A stretch of DNA of 64,000 nucleotides, from positions 25,698 through 89,697 of the forward strand of contig CANQBL010000002.1 in assembly GCA_947589105.1 (NCBI GenBank), in the 5' to 3' direction. The DNA is from an uncultured Bacilli bacterium. GTDB taxonomy: Bacteria > Bacillota_I > Bacilli_A > RF39 > UBA660. A program made the position numbers and the translations under genes. Below the pieces are notes generated by a model, which did no database searches, was not told the origin of the DNA, and was given only the letters and a program-made list of their open reading frames with translations. Shown here one piece after another: positions 47,263 to 56,222 of the stretch; the first letter of the stretch is position 1, and each line of letters begins with the position of its first letter.

Positions 47263-48586
47263 ATTATTAAGTAGTGTTTTAGATAAAGTTAGTGAAGATA
47301 ATAACTCATATCGAATGAATCTAAGAAATTTAAATAAAGCCATCGATGAAAAAACAACTGCGTTAGTAGGTGATGTTGTTACCCTTTCTAATTATACGAT
47401 AGATTTTTCTAATGCAGTAATAACTGCAAAGGATATGCTAGTAAATCCAATATCAAGAGTAATAGAATCGTATGTTATTAAAGATTTAAGAAGTGTTGAA
47501 ACAGTAAATGAGCAATTTGTTGATAAGATAAACGATAAAATCGATAATTCAAGTATAAATAATTTTAATGAAAAGGATAGTTTTATACAAAATCTAGATT
47601 CATTGTTAAATGATAAATATTTAGAAATAGTTAAAATAAAACGGGTTAACTTTTTAAATGAAAAAGAAGAAAATGAGGATATTAAATCTGCTATTAATAA
47701 CTTTATTTCATTTTTAAAAAATGCTACTAATTTTGAAGATAATAAATTAGAAAATTTAATGTTAACATATGAAAAAGATTTATATAATATTATATCTTTA
47801 ACTTTAGACGAAATTAGCAAGTTATATTTGAATAATTTTGTTAGTGAAGTAACAAGTTCTTTAAACGCTAATTTAAATGTTGGTGAAACAATACAAAATT
47901 TAAATTCTACTGATGATTCTTTTGTTCCTTACATGCCAGATATTAAACCAGTTTTAGAAACGGGAGTACCACCAGTTCCAGAAATACCAGTGATTTCAAA
48001 TGATAGTAATTCTGATATTCAAAATGTTACTTCTTCAGTTCCAGAAATTCCAACAATAGAAGAAAACAAAGTACTTCCTATGGATATTCCTTCAATTGCT
48101 CCGATAGAAATAACTGATAAAAATAAGGAAGAAGAAGTAAAGAAAACTTATGATGTTGAAGAAATTCTTAAGATAGCTAAATCTCCAGTTGCTTCTTTAC
48201 CTATAGAGGAAAAGAAAAATGATAGTGATTATTTATCTGTGGCACCAATTTCTGTGAAAGAAGAAAGCGATGTAATTGATTCTGAATTTGATGAAAAAGA
48301 AATAGTTGAAGAAATGATTGCTAGATTATCAAAACGATTAGATCTTATAAACGAAAGACAGAAAAAATATGAAGAAGAAAAACAAAAATTAGAAGAAGAT
48401 GAAAGCTTTGTTAATGATTTAATTAATAGTTCTAATGCTAAAAAAGAAGAATTAGATAAATTTGAAGAGGAATTAAATAACAAAGAAAAAGAAATCGAAG
48501 AAAAACAAAAAGAATTAGATAAAAAAATTAATGATGTTTTACCTTTTGCAGATGCAATAATGAAAACAGAACACGAAGAGGCTTAA
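47252..48586 (+). CDS. Hypothetical acidic protein with Pro-rich linker and C-terminal coiled coil
   Basis: Start placed at the ATG after AAAGGTGG; overlaps the upstream gene by 11 nt. Contains PVLETGVPPVPEIPVIS...PEIPTIEE and a C-terminal EEEKQKLEE coiled coil. Confidence 0.45.
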   Translation: MVSKLLSSVLDKVSEDNNSYRMNLRNLNKAIDEKTTALVGDVVTLSNYTIDFSNAVITAKDMLVNPISRVIESYVIKDLRSVETVNEQFVDKINDKIDNSSINNFNEKDSFIQNLDSLLNDKYLEIVKIKRVNFLNEKEENEDIKSAINNFISFLKNATNFEDNKLENLMLTYEKDLYNIISLTLDEISKLYLNNFVSEVTSSLNANLNVGETIQNLNSTDDSFVPYMPDIKPVLETGVPPVPEIPVISNDSNSDIQNVTSSVPEIPTIEENKVLPMDIPSIAPIEITDKNKEEEVKKTYDVEEILKIAKSPVASLPIEEKKNDSDYLSVAPISVKEESDVIDSEFDEKEIVEEMIARLSKRLDLINERQKKYEEEKQKLEEDESFVNDLINSSNAKKEELDKFEEELNNKEKEIEEKQKELDKKINDVLPFADAIMKTEHEEA

Positions 48587-48620
48587 ATAAGCTTCTTTTT
48601 TTGTTCTTTTTTTTTAAAAT
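48581..48620 (+). terminator. Rho-independent terminator
   Basis: GAGGCTT-aaat-AAGCTTC followed by TTTTTTTGTTCTTTTTTTTT. Confidence 0.65.
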
Positions 48621-48656
48621 ATACATATAGTTAATTAGAAAGATATGGAGGATAAT

Positions 48657-49157
48657 ATGATTAATAAACAAAAATTGTGGTTTTTAACTTTATTTAGCTT
48701 AATACTTGTTTTGAGTGTATATTATATTACTATGCCTAGTGAACTATTGACTACTACCAAAACTAATAGCAATAAAGAAAAAACAAATACCGATAAAGTA
48801 AATGTAACAGAAACGGATTTTTTAACGGCACTTCAAGTTGAAGCTGATGAAGAACGAGCTTCTTTAGCGGCAGAGTATAATGAAATATTAACTAACAAAG
48901 ACACTACAACAGAAGAAAAAAATAATGCTTATGATGGTCTTAAAGAAATAGATGAGATAAAAGCAAAAGAAGAAGAATTAGAAAAAAAATTGAAAAAACA
49001 ACTAAAGCTTGATTCTTTCATTAAAATTGATTCAAATAATGTAAGTGTAACTATAAAGAAAAAAGATCATGATTATTCTCTTGCAAACAATGTAATGAGA
49101 CTCATTCAAGAAGAATATCAGAACAAGATGTATGTTTCTGTAAAATTTCAAAATTAA
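48657..49157 (+). CDS. spoIIIAH: Stage III sporulation protein AH (SpoIIIAH-like)
   Basis: ATG after GGAGG. MINKQKLWFLTLFSLILVLSVYYITMPSE closely matches the B. subtilis SpoIIIAH N-terminus (MLKKQTVWLLTMLSLVVVLSVYYIMSPES); the C-terminus has a YscJ/FliF-like domain. Confidence 0.7.
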   Translation: MINKQKLWFLTLFSLILVLSVYYITMPSELLTTTKTNSNKEKTNTDKVNVTETDFLTALQVEADEERASLAAEYNEILTNKDTTTEEKNNAYDGLKEIDEIKAKEEELEKKLKKQLKLDSFIKIDSNNVSVTIKKKDHDYSLANNVMRLIQEEYQNKMYVSVKFQN

Positions 49158-49236
49158 GTACCTTTTTATGCCTTTACTCATAAAATAATATAGAAAAATA
49201 TTAAAATACCTCTTATTATAGGAAAGTGGGGAAAAT

Positions 49237-49443
49237 ATGGGAAAGGCAATACTAACTAAAAGGGAAAAAGAAATCTTTGATTATCTTATAACGAATAAAA
49301 CTACTAAGGATATAGCAATAAAACTAGGAATAAGTGAAAAAACAGTTAGGAATCACATATCTAACGTAATGCAAAAACTTGGCGTTAAAGGAAGAGCTTG
49401 TGCGGTAATTGAACTTATAAAATTAAATGAGATTACTTTATAA
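49237..49443 (+). CDS. gerE: LuxR-type spore germination/late mother-cell transcription regulator GerE
   Basis: 68 aa; ILTKREKEIFDYLITNKTTKDIAIKLGISEKTVRNHISNVMQKLGVKGRACAVIELIK is near-identical in pattern to B. subtilis GerE. Confidence 0.85.
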   Translation: MGKAILTKREKEIFDYLITNKTTKDIAIKLGISEKTVRNHISNVMQKLGVKGRACAVIELIKLNEITL

Positions 49444-49470
49444 AATCGCATATTAAATGCGATTTTTTCA
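49444..49470 (+). terminator. Rho-independent terminator after gerE
   Basis: AAATCGCAT-attaa-ATGCGATTT followed by TTTCAT. Confidence 0.7.
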
Positions 49471-49491
49471 TATAATGTAAAGGAGGTAACC

Positions 49492-50448
49492 ATGCTAAGA
49501 AAATTTGCTTATAATAAAATATTTAGGACAACTGGTATGCTTTTACTCTTACTTTTGCTTCTTTTGTTTCCTGCTTCTAAAGAATATAGCTTAGAAGATG
49601 ATAGGGTGGTAAAAACTAGTTCTAATATGGAAAAGAATGAAGTCTTTTTAATTGATAAAGATGGTTATGTAGCAAGATGCAAGGTAAATATTAGTGCTGA
49701 TAATGATGAAAAGTATGCTAAAAAACTAATAGAGTTATTAATTATAGGTGGTAAATACGAAGAAAAAATCCCTAATGGTTTTAAAGCTATATTACCAACG
49801 GATCTTAAAATAAATAGTGTAAGTATAAATGGAAGTGATATAACAATTGATGTATCAAATGATATTTATGAATTAAGAAAAAAAGATGACGAACTTGCTA
49901 TTGAAGCTTTAACGTTTAATTTAACATCAATTGATGGTATTTCAAATCTATATATTAACGTTGATGGTAGTCCCCTTAAAACATTTACTATATCTGGAAG
50001 GAATGTAGTTCAACCATTTAGTAAAAAAGATGGTATTAATAAGATTTATGATGTTATTAATTATAAAAATGTAAACAATGTTATAGTATATTATGTAAGC
50101 CGAGGCAACAATAATTATTATTACGTTCCTGTTACAAAGGTAACTAATGATAATAGAGATAAAATAAAAATTATAATAGATGAGTTGACATCATCACATA
50201 TATATGAAACAAATTTGATGAGTTTTCTTAATTATAATGCTAAACTTTTAAACTATGATATTACTGATGGAACTTTAACTCTTAACTTTAATAATTTTTT
50301 ATTTGATGATGAAAACACGAAAAGTATTTTAGAAGAAGTAATATATTCTATTTCTTTATCAGTTAGGGATAATTATAATGTTAAAGAAGTAGTATTTAAT
50401 GTAGAAGGTAAGGAAATTACAAAAAGTGTTATAAAAAATATTGAATAA
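49492..50448 (+). CDS. Secreted/lipoprotein-like protein, possibly GerM-type (tandem GerMN-like domains)
   Basis: Poly-Leu signal sequence (MLLLLLLLLFPAS), 318 aa. Sits beside gerE and spoIIIAH. The GerM assignment is from architecture and context only. Confidence 0.35.
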   Translation: MLRKFAYNKIFRTTGMLLLLLLLLLFPASKEYSLEDDRVVKTSSNMEKNEVFLIDKDGYVARCKVNISADNDEKYAKKLIELLIIGGKYEEKIPNGFKAILPTDLKINSVSINGSDITIDVSNDIYELRKKDDELAIEALTFNLTSIDGISNLYINVDGSPLKTFTISGRNVVQPFSKKDGINKIYDVINYKNVNNVIVYYVSRGNNNYYYVPVTKVTNDNRDKIKIIIDELTSSHIYETNLMSFLNYNAKLLNYDITDGTLTLNFNNFLFDDENTKSILEEVIYSISLSVRDNYNVKEVVFNVEGKEITKSVIKNIE

Positions 50449-50496
50449 TTAAATATTTTTTGGTATAATTGATTTGTTGTTTTCAAACAAATCATT

Positions 50497-50573
<77 letters not shown>

Positions 50574-50582
50574 TTTAGTAAA

Positions 50583-50612
50583 TAACCCTTGTTATACAAG
50601 GGTTTTTTATTT
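50583..50612 (+). terminator. Rho-independent terminator after tRNA-Arg
   Basis: AACCCTTGT-tata-CAAGGGTT followed by TTTTATTTTTTT. Confidence 0.75.
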
Positions 50613-50840
50613 TTTTAATAATTAAAGTTTAGATAATATGTTTAATATTAATCATAAATAATAAATATATTTATGTTAAAAATAGTTTTATAAACTAGTT
50701 AATATCAATATTATTTTATTTTTTATAATTAGGTATTTTTATCAATAACTCAATTATAATAAGAAGACTTTTTAAAGTCTTTTTTTATATATTAAATTAA
50801 AATAAAAAAATTGTATAAAATCCGAGGGTTTTAAATATTT

Positions 50841-52892
50841 ATGTTTAACAATATAACTGAGGAGATGATAAAAATAAAAGAAAATTGTTTTGTAAATCAA
50901 ACTTCGTATAATGATTGTGGCTTAGCTTGCTTGACTATGATTTTAAAAAGTTATGGTCTTAAGGTTGAACTACATAATTTAAAAAGAGAATTTTCTACTG
51001 AAGATAAAATGATAAGTGTGTATGATCTTATTAAAATATCAAATAAAAAAGGAGTTAAAGCTACTGGCTATAAAAATGTATCATTAGAAAATACTAAACC
51101 ATTATGTATAGCTCATTTAATTGATAATGATAAACAACACTTTGTTGTTTTAATAAAGGTTTTAAAAAATAAGGTTTTGATAGCAGATCCATCAAGGAGA
51201 ATAATGTATGTTGATAAAAATAGTTTTATAAAAAAATATACTGGGGTAATGATTACTTTTGAGAAAAAAAAGCAAATTGTGAACGTAGTTTTAAAAAATA
51301 AAAAAATGATATTTAAAACTATTTTTCTTTCCGTGTTACTTTGCTTATTTAATGTTTTGTTTTCCTTTATGTTGCCAAGTGCTATTAATTTAATAAATGC
51401 TGGTAAAAAATTTCAATTTGTTATTTTAACACTTTTATTGTTTTTACTTATAGGTATTTTAAAAGATCTTTTAAATTATGTTAAAACTAATTTTTCTCTT
51501 AAGTTTCAATTATTTATCGATAGGTTTATTACAATTCCAACAATAGAAAATATTATCAATCTTCCTCACGAATTTTACCATGAAAATGGGTCTGGAGAAT
51601 TAATCGCAAAAATAAACGATTTATCTTTTATAAAAGAGGCAATTTTTAATTTTGTTGAGGTAGTTATTTTAAACTTACTTTTGATAATTTTTACTATTAT
51701 AATTTTCCTTTGTACTGATTTTTATATTTTTGTTTTAACGGTGTTGTTTATTTTTATATCATATTTAATTAATCGCTTTTATGTTTTAAAGAACTTAAAT
51801 AAATCTTACGATATTCAATTTTTAAACGAAAAATTTAGTAATAAACTTACTGATTCGCTTAATTTTATATTAACTATTAAAAATTTAGGTAAGGAAACCT
51901 TTTTCATTAATAAGATAAACTCTTCGTATAATGACGTTTTAAAAAAATATAAAGAGGTTTGTAAAGCTTATCAAAAAAAAGAATTGTTAATGAATATCAT
52001 TATTACTTTTTTCACTATCCTAATTCTTACTTTATTAGTAATTAAAAACAATTCTTTATCTAATATTTTATTTTTATTTTCATTAGAAACAATGATGATA
52101 AATTCAGTTTTAGAAATTTATAAGCTACTTCCTCTTTACATGGATTTTAAAAACGTTTATACAAGGTTAAATAATGCTTTAAAAAAAGTTGAAGTTTCAA
52201 ATGATTTAGATAAAATTAACATAAATAAAATAGTAATTAAAAATCTTAAGTACGATTATGATAATAAGCCTGTTTTAAAAGGAATTTCTTTAAAAATAAA
52301 AAAAGGAGATTGGATAATGGTTAATGGTCCAACCGGGAGTGGTAAATCTACTTTATTCAAAATACTTACTAAACAAATAGAATATAACGGAGACTCTATT
52401 TTTATAAATGAAACAAAAATAAGCAATCTTGATTTTTCGATTATTAGAAATTCCATAGTTTATGTTGATCAAAAAATAAAGCTTATAAACGAAAGTATTA
52501 AGGATAATGTTTTCTTAGGAGATAAATTTAATAATAAAGTGGTATTAACATCAGAAATTAGTAGTTTTTTAAAAGAAAACAATATAAATTATGATTACGT
52601 TATTGATAATACAAATTCTAATATATCAGCTGGTCAAGCTGGTAAAATAGCAATAGCGCGGGCATTAAACACAAAACGAAATTTTATAATTTTAGATGAA
52701 ACAACCAGTAGTATGGACGTATTAACCGAAGAAAAAATATTAGATAATATCAAAAAAAATTATAAAGATAAAACGATAATTCTAATTACCCATAGAAAAT
52801 CAAACATTAAATATTTTAATAAAATAGTAACGTTTAAAGATGGTAAAATAAAACAAATTATTGGAGGTAAAAATGGAAAAATTAACGTGTAG
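50841..52892 (+). CDS. Bacteriocin-processing/export ABC transporter with N-terminal C39 cysteine peptidase domain (SunT/LagD/ComA family)
   Basis: C39 domain: NQTSYNDCGLACLTMILKSYG (catalytic Cys) and a downstream His region. Six-TM MSD; NBD with Walker A GPTGSGKST, signature SAGQAGKIAIARA, and Walker B IILDETTSSMD. Confidence 0.85.
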   Translation: MFNNITEEMIKIKENCFVNQTSYNDCGLACLTMILKSYGLKVELHNLKREFSTEDKMISVYDLIKISNKKGVKATGYKNVSLENTKPLCIAHLIDNDKQHFVVLIKVLKNKVLIADPSRRIMYVDKNSFIKKYTGVMITFEKKKQIVNVVLKNKKMIFKTIFLSVLLCLFNVLFSFMLPSAINLINAGKKFQFVILTLLLFLLIGILKDLLNYVKTNFSLKFQLFIDRFITIPTIENIINLPHEFYHENGSGELIAKINDLSFIKEAIFNFVEVVILNLLLIIFTIIIFLCTDFYIFVLTVLFIFISYLINRFYVLKNLNKSYDIQFLNEKFSNKLTDSLNFILTIKNLGKETFFINKINSSYNDVLKKYKEVCKAYQKKELLMNIIITFFTILILTLLVIKNNSLSNILFLFSLETMMINSVLEIYKLLPLYMDFKNVYTRLNNALKKVEVSNDLDKININKIVIKNLKYDYDNKPVLKGISLKIKKGDWIMVNGPTGSGKSTLFKILTKQIEYNGDSIFINETKISNLDFSIIRNSIVYVDQKIKLINESIKDNVFLGDKFNNKVVLTSEISSFLKENNINYDYVIDNTNSNISAGQAGKIAIARALNTKRNFIILDETTSSMDVLTEEKILDNIKKNYKDKTIILITHRKSNIKYFNKIVTFKDGKIKQIIGGKNGKINV

Positions 52893-53013
52893 TCAAGCAA
52901 AACAGATAAAAGGTGGTGCATCAGGAGGTTGGATAGTTGCTGGTATAATAGCAGGAATAACTTTTTTAGTAGGTGTATTTGATGGCTTTACGAGGCCTTT
53001 TAAATGTCGTTAG
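52873..53013 (+). CDS. Double-glycine-leader bacteriocin precursor A (46 aa; not in ORF track)
   Basis: RBS GGAGGTAAAA-ATG, overlapping the transporter stop. Leader MEKLTCSQAKQIKGG; mature peptide ASGGWIVAGIIAGITFLVGVFDGFTRPFKCR with GxxxG motifs. Confidence 0.75.
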   Translation: MEKLTCSQAKQIKGGASGGWIVAGIIAGITFLVGVFDGFTRPFKCR

Positions 53014-53027
53014 GAAAGGAGAAATAT

Positions 53028-53195
53028 ATGAAATTAACTAAAAATGAAGCGCAAAATATTGTTGGGGGAGCAGGAATAACAGGTACTCTTATAAATTCGT
53101 TAATTAAAAGTTTTAATACTTTTTTGGATGTAGGTAGATATTTTGGAAGTAGTATAAGAAGATTATTTGGTGGCGCATCTTGTCCTATAAGATAA
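53028..53195 (+). CDS. Double-glycine-leader bacteriocin precursor B (55 aa; ORF-track start too far upstream)
   Basis: RBS AAAGGAGAAATAT-ATG. Leader MKLTKNEAQNIVGG; mature peptide AGITGTLINSLIKSFNTFLDVGRYFGSSIRRLFGGASCPIR (cationic, amphipathic). Confidence 0.75.
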   Translation: MKLTKNEAQNIVGGAGITGTLINSLIKSFNTFLDVGRYFGSSIRRLFGGASCPIR

Positions 53196-53390
53196 GAAAA
53201 GGATTTAGAATAATTATACTAATAATTATTTTTCCAATTGTAGTTGAATTCATTAATTTTTTTGCTAGGTTTTTAATGCAAGGGGGTAGAATTTTAGGGA
53301 CAATAATTCGAATAATTATGAGTTTTTAAAAATAAATGGCAGCTTTTAATAAAAAACTGTCATTTTTTGTTATAAATAAACAAAAATATA

Positions 53391-53419
53391 TTGTCATAAT
53401 TAAAAACGGGTGTTATAAT
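53391..53419 (+). promoter_or_regulatory. SigmaA-type promoter for rpsU
   Basis: TTGTCA, 17-nt spacer, TGtTATAAT (extended -10). Confidence 0.6.
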
Positions 53420-53453
53420 TACTAGTAGAAAAAAAGAGAGGGGGGAAAGAAAA

Positions 53454-53654
53454 ATGATAACCGTACAAGTAAAGAACGGAAACGTTGATGCAGCGTTAAA
53501 GAGATTTAAGCAAAAAGTTGCAAAAAGTGGTCTCCCTTCAGAAATTAAAAAGAAACAAGCTTTTGATAAACCTGGAGTTGAAAGAAGAAACGCTAAAAAA
53601 GAAGCAATTAAGAACAGTCGTAAGGCTGCAAAACGTGAAAGAAATGCTGCGTAG
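53454..53654 (+). CDS. rpsU: 30S ribosomal protein S21
   Basis: 66 aa, basic; ...ALKRFKQKVAKSG...KPGVERRNAKKEA... is S21-like. Confidence 0.85.
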   Translation: MITVQVKNGNVDAALKRFKQKVAKSGLPSEIKKKQAFDKPGVERRNAKKEAIKNSRKAAKRERNAA

Positions 53655-53667
53655 TTTTTCTTTGCTC

Positions 53668-53700
53668 ATAATTATAAGTTGCTATTTTACATAGTAACTT
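53668..53700 (+). terminator. Rho-independent terminator after rpsU
   Basis: AGTTGCTAT-tttaca-TAGTAACT followed by TTTTTTTTTG. Confidence 0.6.
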
Positions 53701-53722
53701 TTTTTTTGCATAAAATTAACTG

Positions 53723-53983
53723 GTGATACATTTGAACATTAGAAGAATCATTAATGATTATGTAGAATGTAATAATTTTGAAATAAAGTTTACTAATGGT
53801 AAAGTTATAGTATATTACCATGATAAAATTGAGCATTTTTCCAGTGATACTATAATTGTTTCAAAAGAAGGAAAAAAATATAAAATAGAAGGGAAGAATA
53901 TGGTTATTGAAACGATGTTTAAGGAAATGATTATTATTTCTGGAACGATATATAAAATAACATTAGGTAACAAAGATGAATAA
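53723..53983 (+). CDS. yqfC: YabP/YqfC family sporulation protein
   Basis: 86 aa with a GTG start. Small beta-rich protein immediately upstream of the yqfD-like gene, overlapping it by 8 nt; same position relative to rpsU as in Bacillus. Confidence 0.55.
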   Translation: MIHLNIRRIINDYVECNNFEIKFTNGKVIVYYHDKIEHFSSDTIIVSKEGKKYKIEGKNMVIETMFKEMIIISGTIYKITLGNKDE

Positions 53984-55148
53984 GGGGTATGTTAAAATAA
54001 GTATTACTGGAAAAAACCCAATTTTCTTTGTAAAACATTTCGTAATAAATAAAATAAAATTTGATAAGTATAAACAAATTAATCATGGAAAAATAGTATT
54101 TACAACGTCTTATGAAGAATATCTTTTATTAAAGGAAAAGTCAAGCATAAATGAAATTACAATTATTAAATACTATGGACCTATAAAGTACATTTCTTTT
54201 ATAAAAAATAATTCTTCTTTCATATTGTGTTTTATATTTTCATTAATGTTTTTGCTGCTAATTTCTAATATGTGTTTTGATTTAAAAGTTATTCATAATG
54301 ATAGTAGCATAAGAAGTTTAGTAAAAGAACAATTATACTCTAATGGTATAAAAAAATTTGCCATTATTCCTAAATTTACTAATAGAAAGAAAATAATAGA
54401 TAAAATAATAAAGGAAAATAAAGATAAAATAGAGTGGCTTGAAATTGAAAGGTTAGGTAGTAAATTAATTGTTAAAGTTACTGAAAGAAAGATAAATAAA
54501 AAAGAAAAAGAGTTACAAAACAGACATATTGTTGCAAAAAAAAGTGGCATAATAAAAAAAATAGAAGCTTTAAATGGGGTTATTGTAAAAAAGAAAGATG
54601 ATTATGTAGAAAAAGGAGAAATTATTATTTCAGGAGATATAATTAAAGACGAAACAGTAAAGGGGCAAGTCGTATCTAAAGGTTGTGTTTATGCTGAAAC
54701 ATGGTATAAAGTTAAAATTGAATACCCTTTATATTACGAGGAAACTAAATATCTTGATGAATTAAAATATAATTACATAATAGATTTTTTAGGTAAAAGT
54801 ATGGCACTTAAAAAAAATTATACAACTTCGTATTTAGAAAAAAAGAAAGTGTTAATTAAAGATAAAATTTTTCCTTTTGAAATAAGTATGGAAAAGCAAC
54901 GTAAAACTTTAGTTACAAAAGAAACTTTAACAAAAAAACAAGCAACTAATAAAGCTTTAGTTGTAGCAGAAAATAAAATAAAATCTTTACTTGATGATGA
55001 TGAGTACATTATTAGTAAAAAAACTTTGAATTTTACTACTAATAATAGTAAAATAGAAGTAGATGTTTTTTTTAAGGTATATGAAAATATAACCGATTAT
55101 AAGAACACTGATCCAAGTTTATTAAATTCACCAATAAATGCAGAATAA
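53976..55148 (+). CDS. yqfD: Stage IV sporulation protein YqfD-like
   Basis: 390 aa with a central TM segment (FILCFIFSLMFLLLISNM). Architecture and gene order match YqfD. Confidence 0.55.
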   Translation: MNKGYVKISITGKNPIFFVKHFVINKIKFDKYKQINHGKIVFTTSYEEYLLLKEKSSINEITIIKYYGPIKYISFIKNNSSFILCFIFSLMFLLLISNMCFDLKVIHNDSSIRSLVKEQLYSNGIKKFAIIPKFTNRKKIIDKIIKENKDKIEWLEIERLGSKLIVKVTERKINKKEKELQNRHIVAKKSGIIKKIEALNGVIVKKKDDYVEKGEIIISGDIIKDETVKGQVVSKGCVYAETWYKVKIEYPLYYEETKYLDELKYNYIIDFLGKSMALKKNYTTSYLEKKKVLIKDKIFPFEISMEKQRKTLVTKETLTKKQATNKALVVAENKIKSLLDDDEYIISKKTLNFTTNNSKIEVDVFFKVYENITDYKNTDPSLLNSPINAE

Positions 55149-55158
55149 AGGGGTTATT

Positions 55159-55773
55159 ATGTTTGATTTGTTTTTAAAGGCAGCGCATAATGTATGGCCA
55201 ATGATTTTTATATTTACTGTTATAATAGTATCAATTAGAATTGCTTATTTAATATGTAACAAACAAAAACTGGTGCTTTATAAAGAAATAACCATGTTTT
55301 GTTTTATTATCTATATATTGTTACTTTATTATATAGTAACTTTTCAAGATAATAATTACGGAACAAATAATTTTATTCCATTAAAAGAAATTTTAAGATA
55401 TAACTTAAATTCTAAATTATTTTTAAAAAACATAATAGGCAATATCTTATTATTTGTTCCTTTTGGAATTTTTGTTACTTATTATGTAAAAAGTAAAAGC
55501 ATTATACCTGTTATATTATTATCTTTTTTGATATCTAGTTCAATTGAATTTGCTCAAGGTGTAATTGGACGAACTTGTGATGTTGATGATGTTATATTAA
55601 ACTCTATAGGAGGTATATTAGGTTATCATTTATATAAACTTGTAAATAAAAGGATGTTAAAATTGCCAAAGTTTATGAAGAGCCAATTATTCTTGGATTT
55701 ATTGTCATTAATGAGTATTTTGATTATAATATATCTTACATTTAAATTTAATTTTTGGAGGATTATATCATGA
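55159..55773 (+). CDS. VanZ-like family membrane protein
   Basis: IGNILLFVPFGIF....SSIEFAQGVIGRTCDVDDVILNSIGGILGY matches the VanZ/YoaI-like motif. Confidence 0.7.
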   Translation: MFDLFLKAAHNVWPMIFIFTVIIVSIRIAYLICNKQKLVLYKEITMFCFIIYILLLYYIVTFQDNNYGTNNFIPLKEILRYNLNSKLFLKNIIGNILLFVPFGIFVTYYVKSKSIIPVILLSFLISSSIEFAQGVIGRTCDVDDVILNSIGGILGYHLYKLVNKRMLKLPKFMKSQLFLDLLSLMSILIIIYLTFKFNFWRIIS

Positions 55774-56222
55774 ATTATATAGAAATTATTAATAAACTAG
55801 ATATTGAAATAGAAGAAAAACTTGTATTAGAAGATTTTATTAACTATTGTGTTAATAAATTAAAATTGAAAAATGTATTGTTTAATGTTATAATTATAGA
55901 TAATGAAGAGATTCATAAATTAAATAAAAAATATCGAGGAATTGATCGAGCTACTGATGTAATAACTTTTGCTTTAGAAGATCAAAAAGATGGTCCTACT
56001 TTAGATGTTAGAATGCTTGGTGATATTTATATTTCTTATGATAAAGTAATATCTCAGGCTTTAGAGTATGGTCACAGTAAAACAAGAGAAATCTGTTTTT
56101 TAGCCGTTCATGGATTATTACATTTACTTGGTTATGATCATATGAAAAAAGAAGAAGAAGAGATAATGTTTGGTATACAAAAGGAGTTGTTAAATAATTA
56201 TGGCATCAAAAAAGAAAGTTAA
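55770..56222 (+). CDS. ybeY: rRNA maturation endoribonuclease YbeY
   Basis: Metal-binding motif HGLLHLLGYDH; UPF0054 family; start after GGAGG. Confidence 0.9.
   Translation: MNYIEIINKLDIEIEEKLVLEDFINYCVNKLKLKNVLFNVIIIDNEEIHKLNKKYRGIDRATDVITFALEDQKDGPTLDVRMLGDIYISYDKVISQALEYGHSKTREICFLAVHGLLHLLGYDHMKKEEEEIMFGIQKELLNNYGIKKES

Noticed and set aside
45217-48483. Minus-strand ORFs 45217..45411, 46068..46337, 47392..47820 and 48229..48483
   Set aside because: Antisense to the yfhO gene and the coiled-coil genes; Ser/Leu/Phe-rich artefacts of K/E/N-rich coding on the other strand.
52256-52456. 66-aa minus-strand ORF inside the ABC transporter NBD
   Set aside because: Antisense to the conserved Walker A region; no signals.
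53186-53254. 23-aa hydrophobic minus-strand micro-ORF overlapping the 3' end of bacteriocin gene B, considered as a possible immunity peptide
   Set aside because: No RBS, too short, and overlaps the peptide gene. Insufficient support, but the absence of any immunity gene in the island remains notable.
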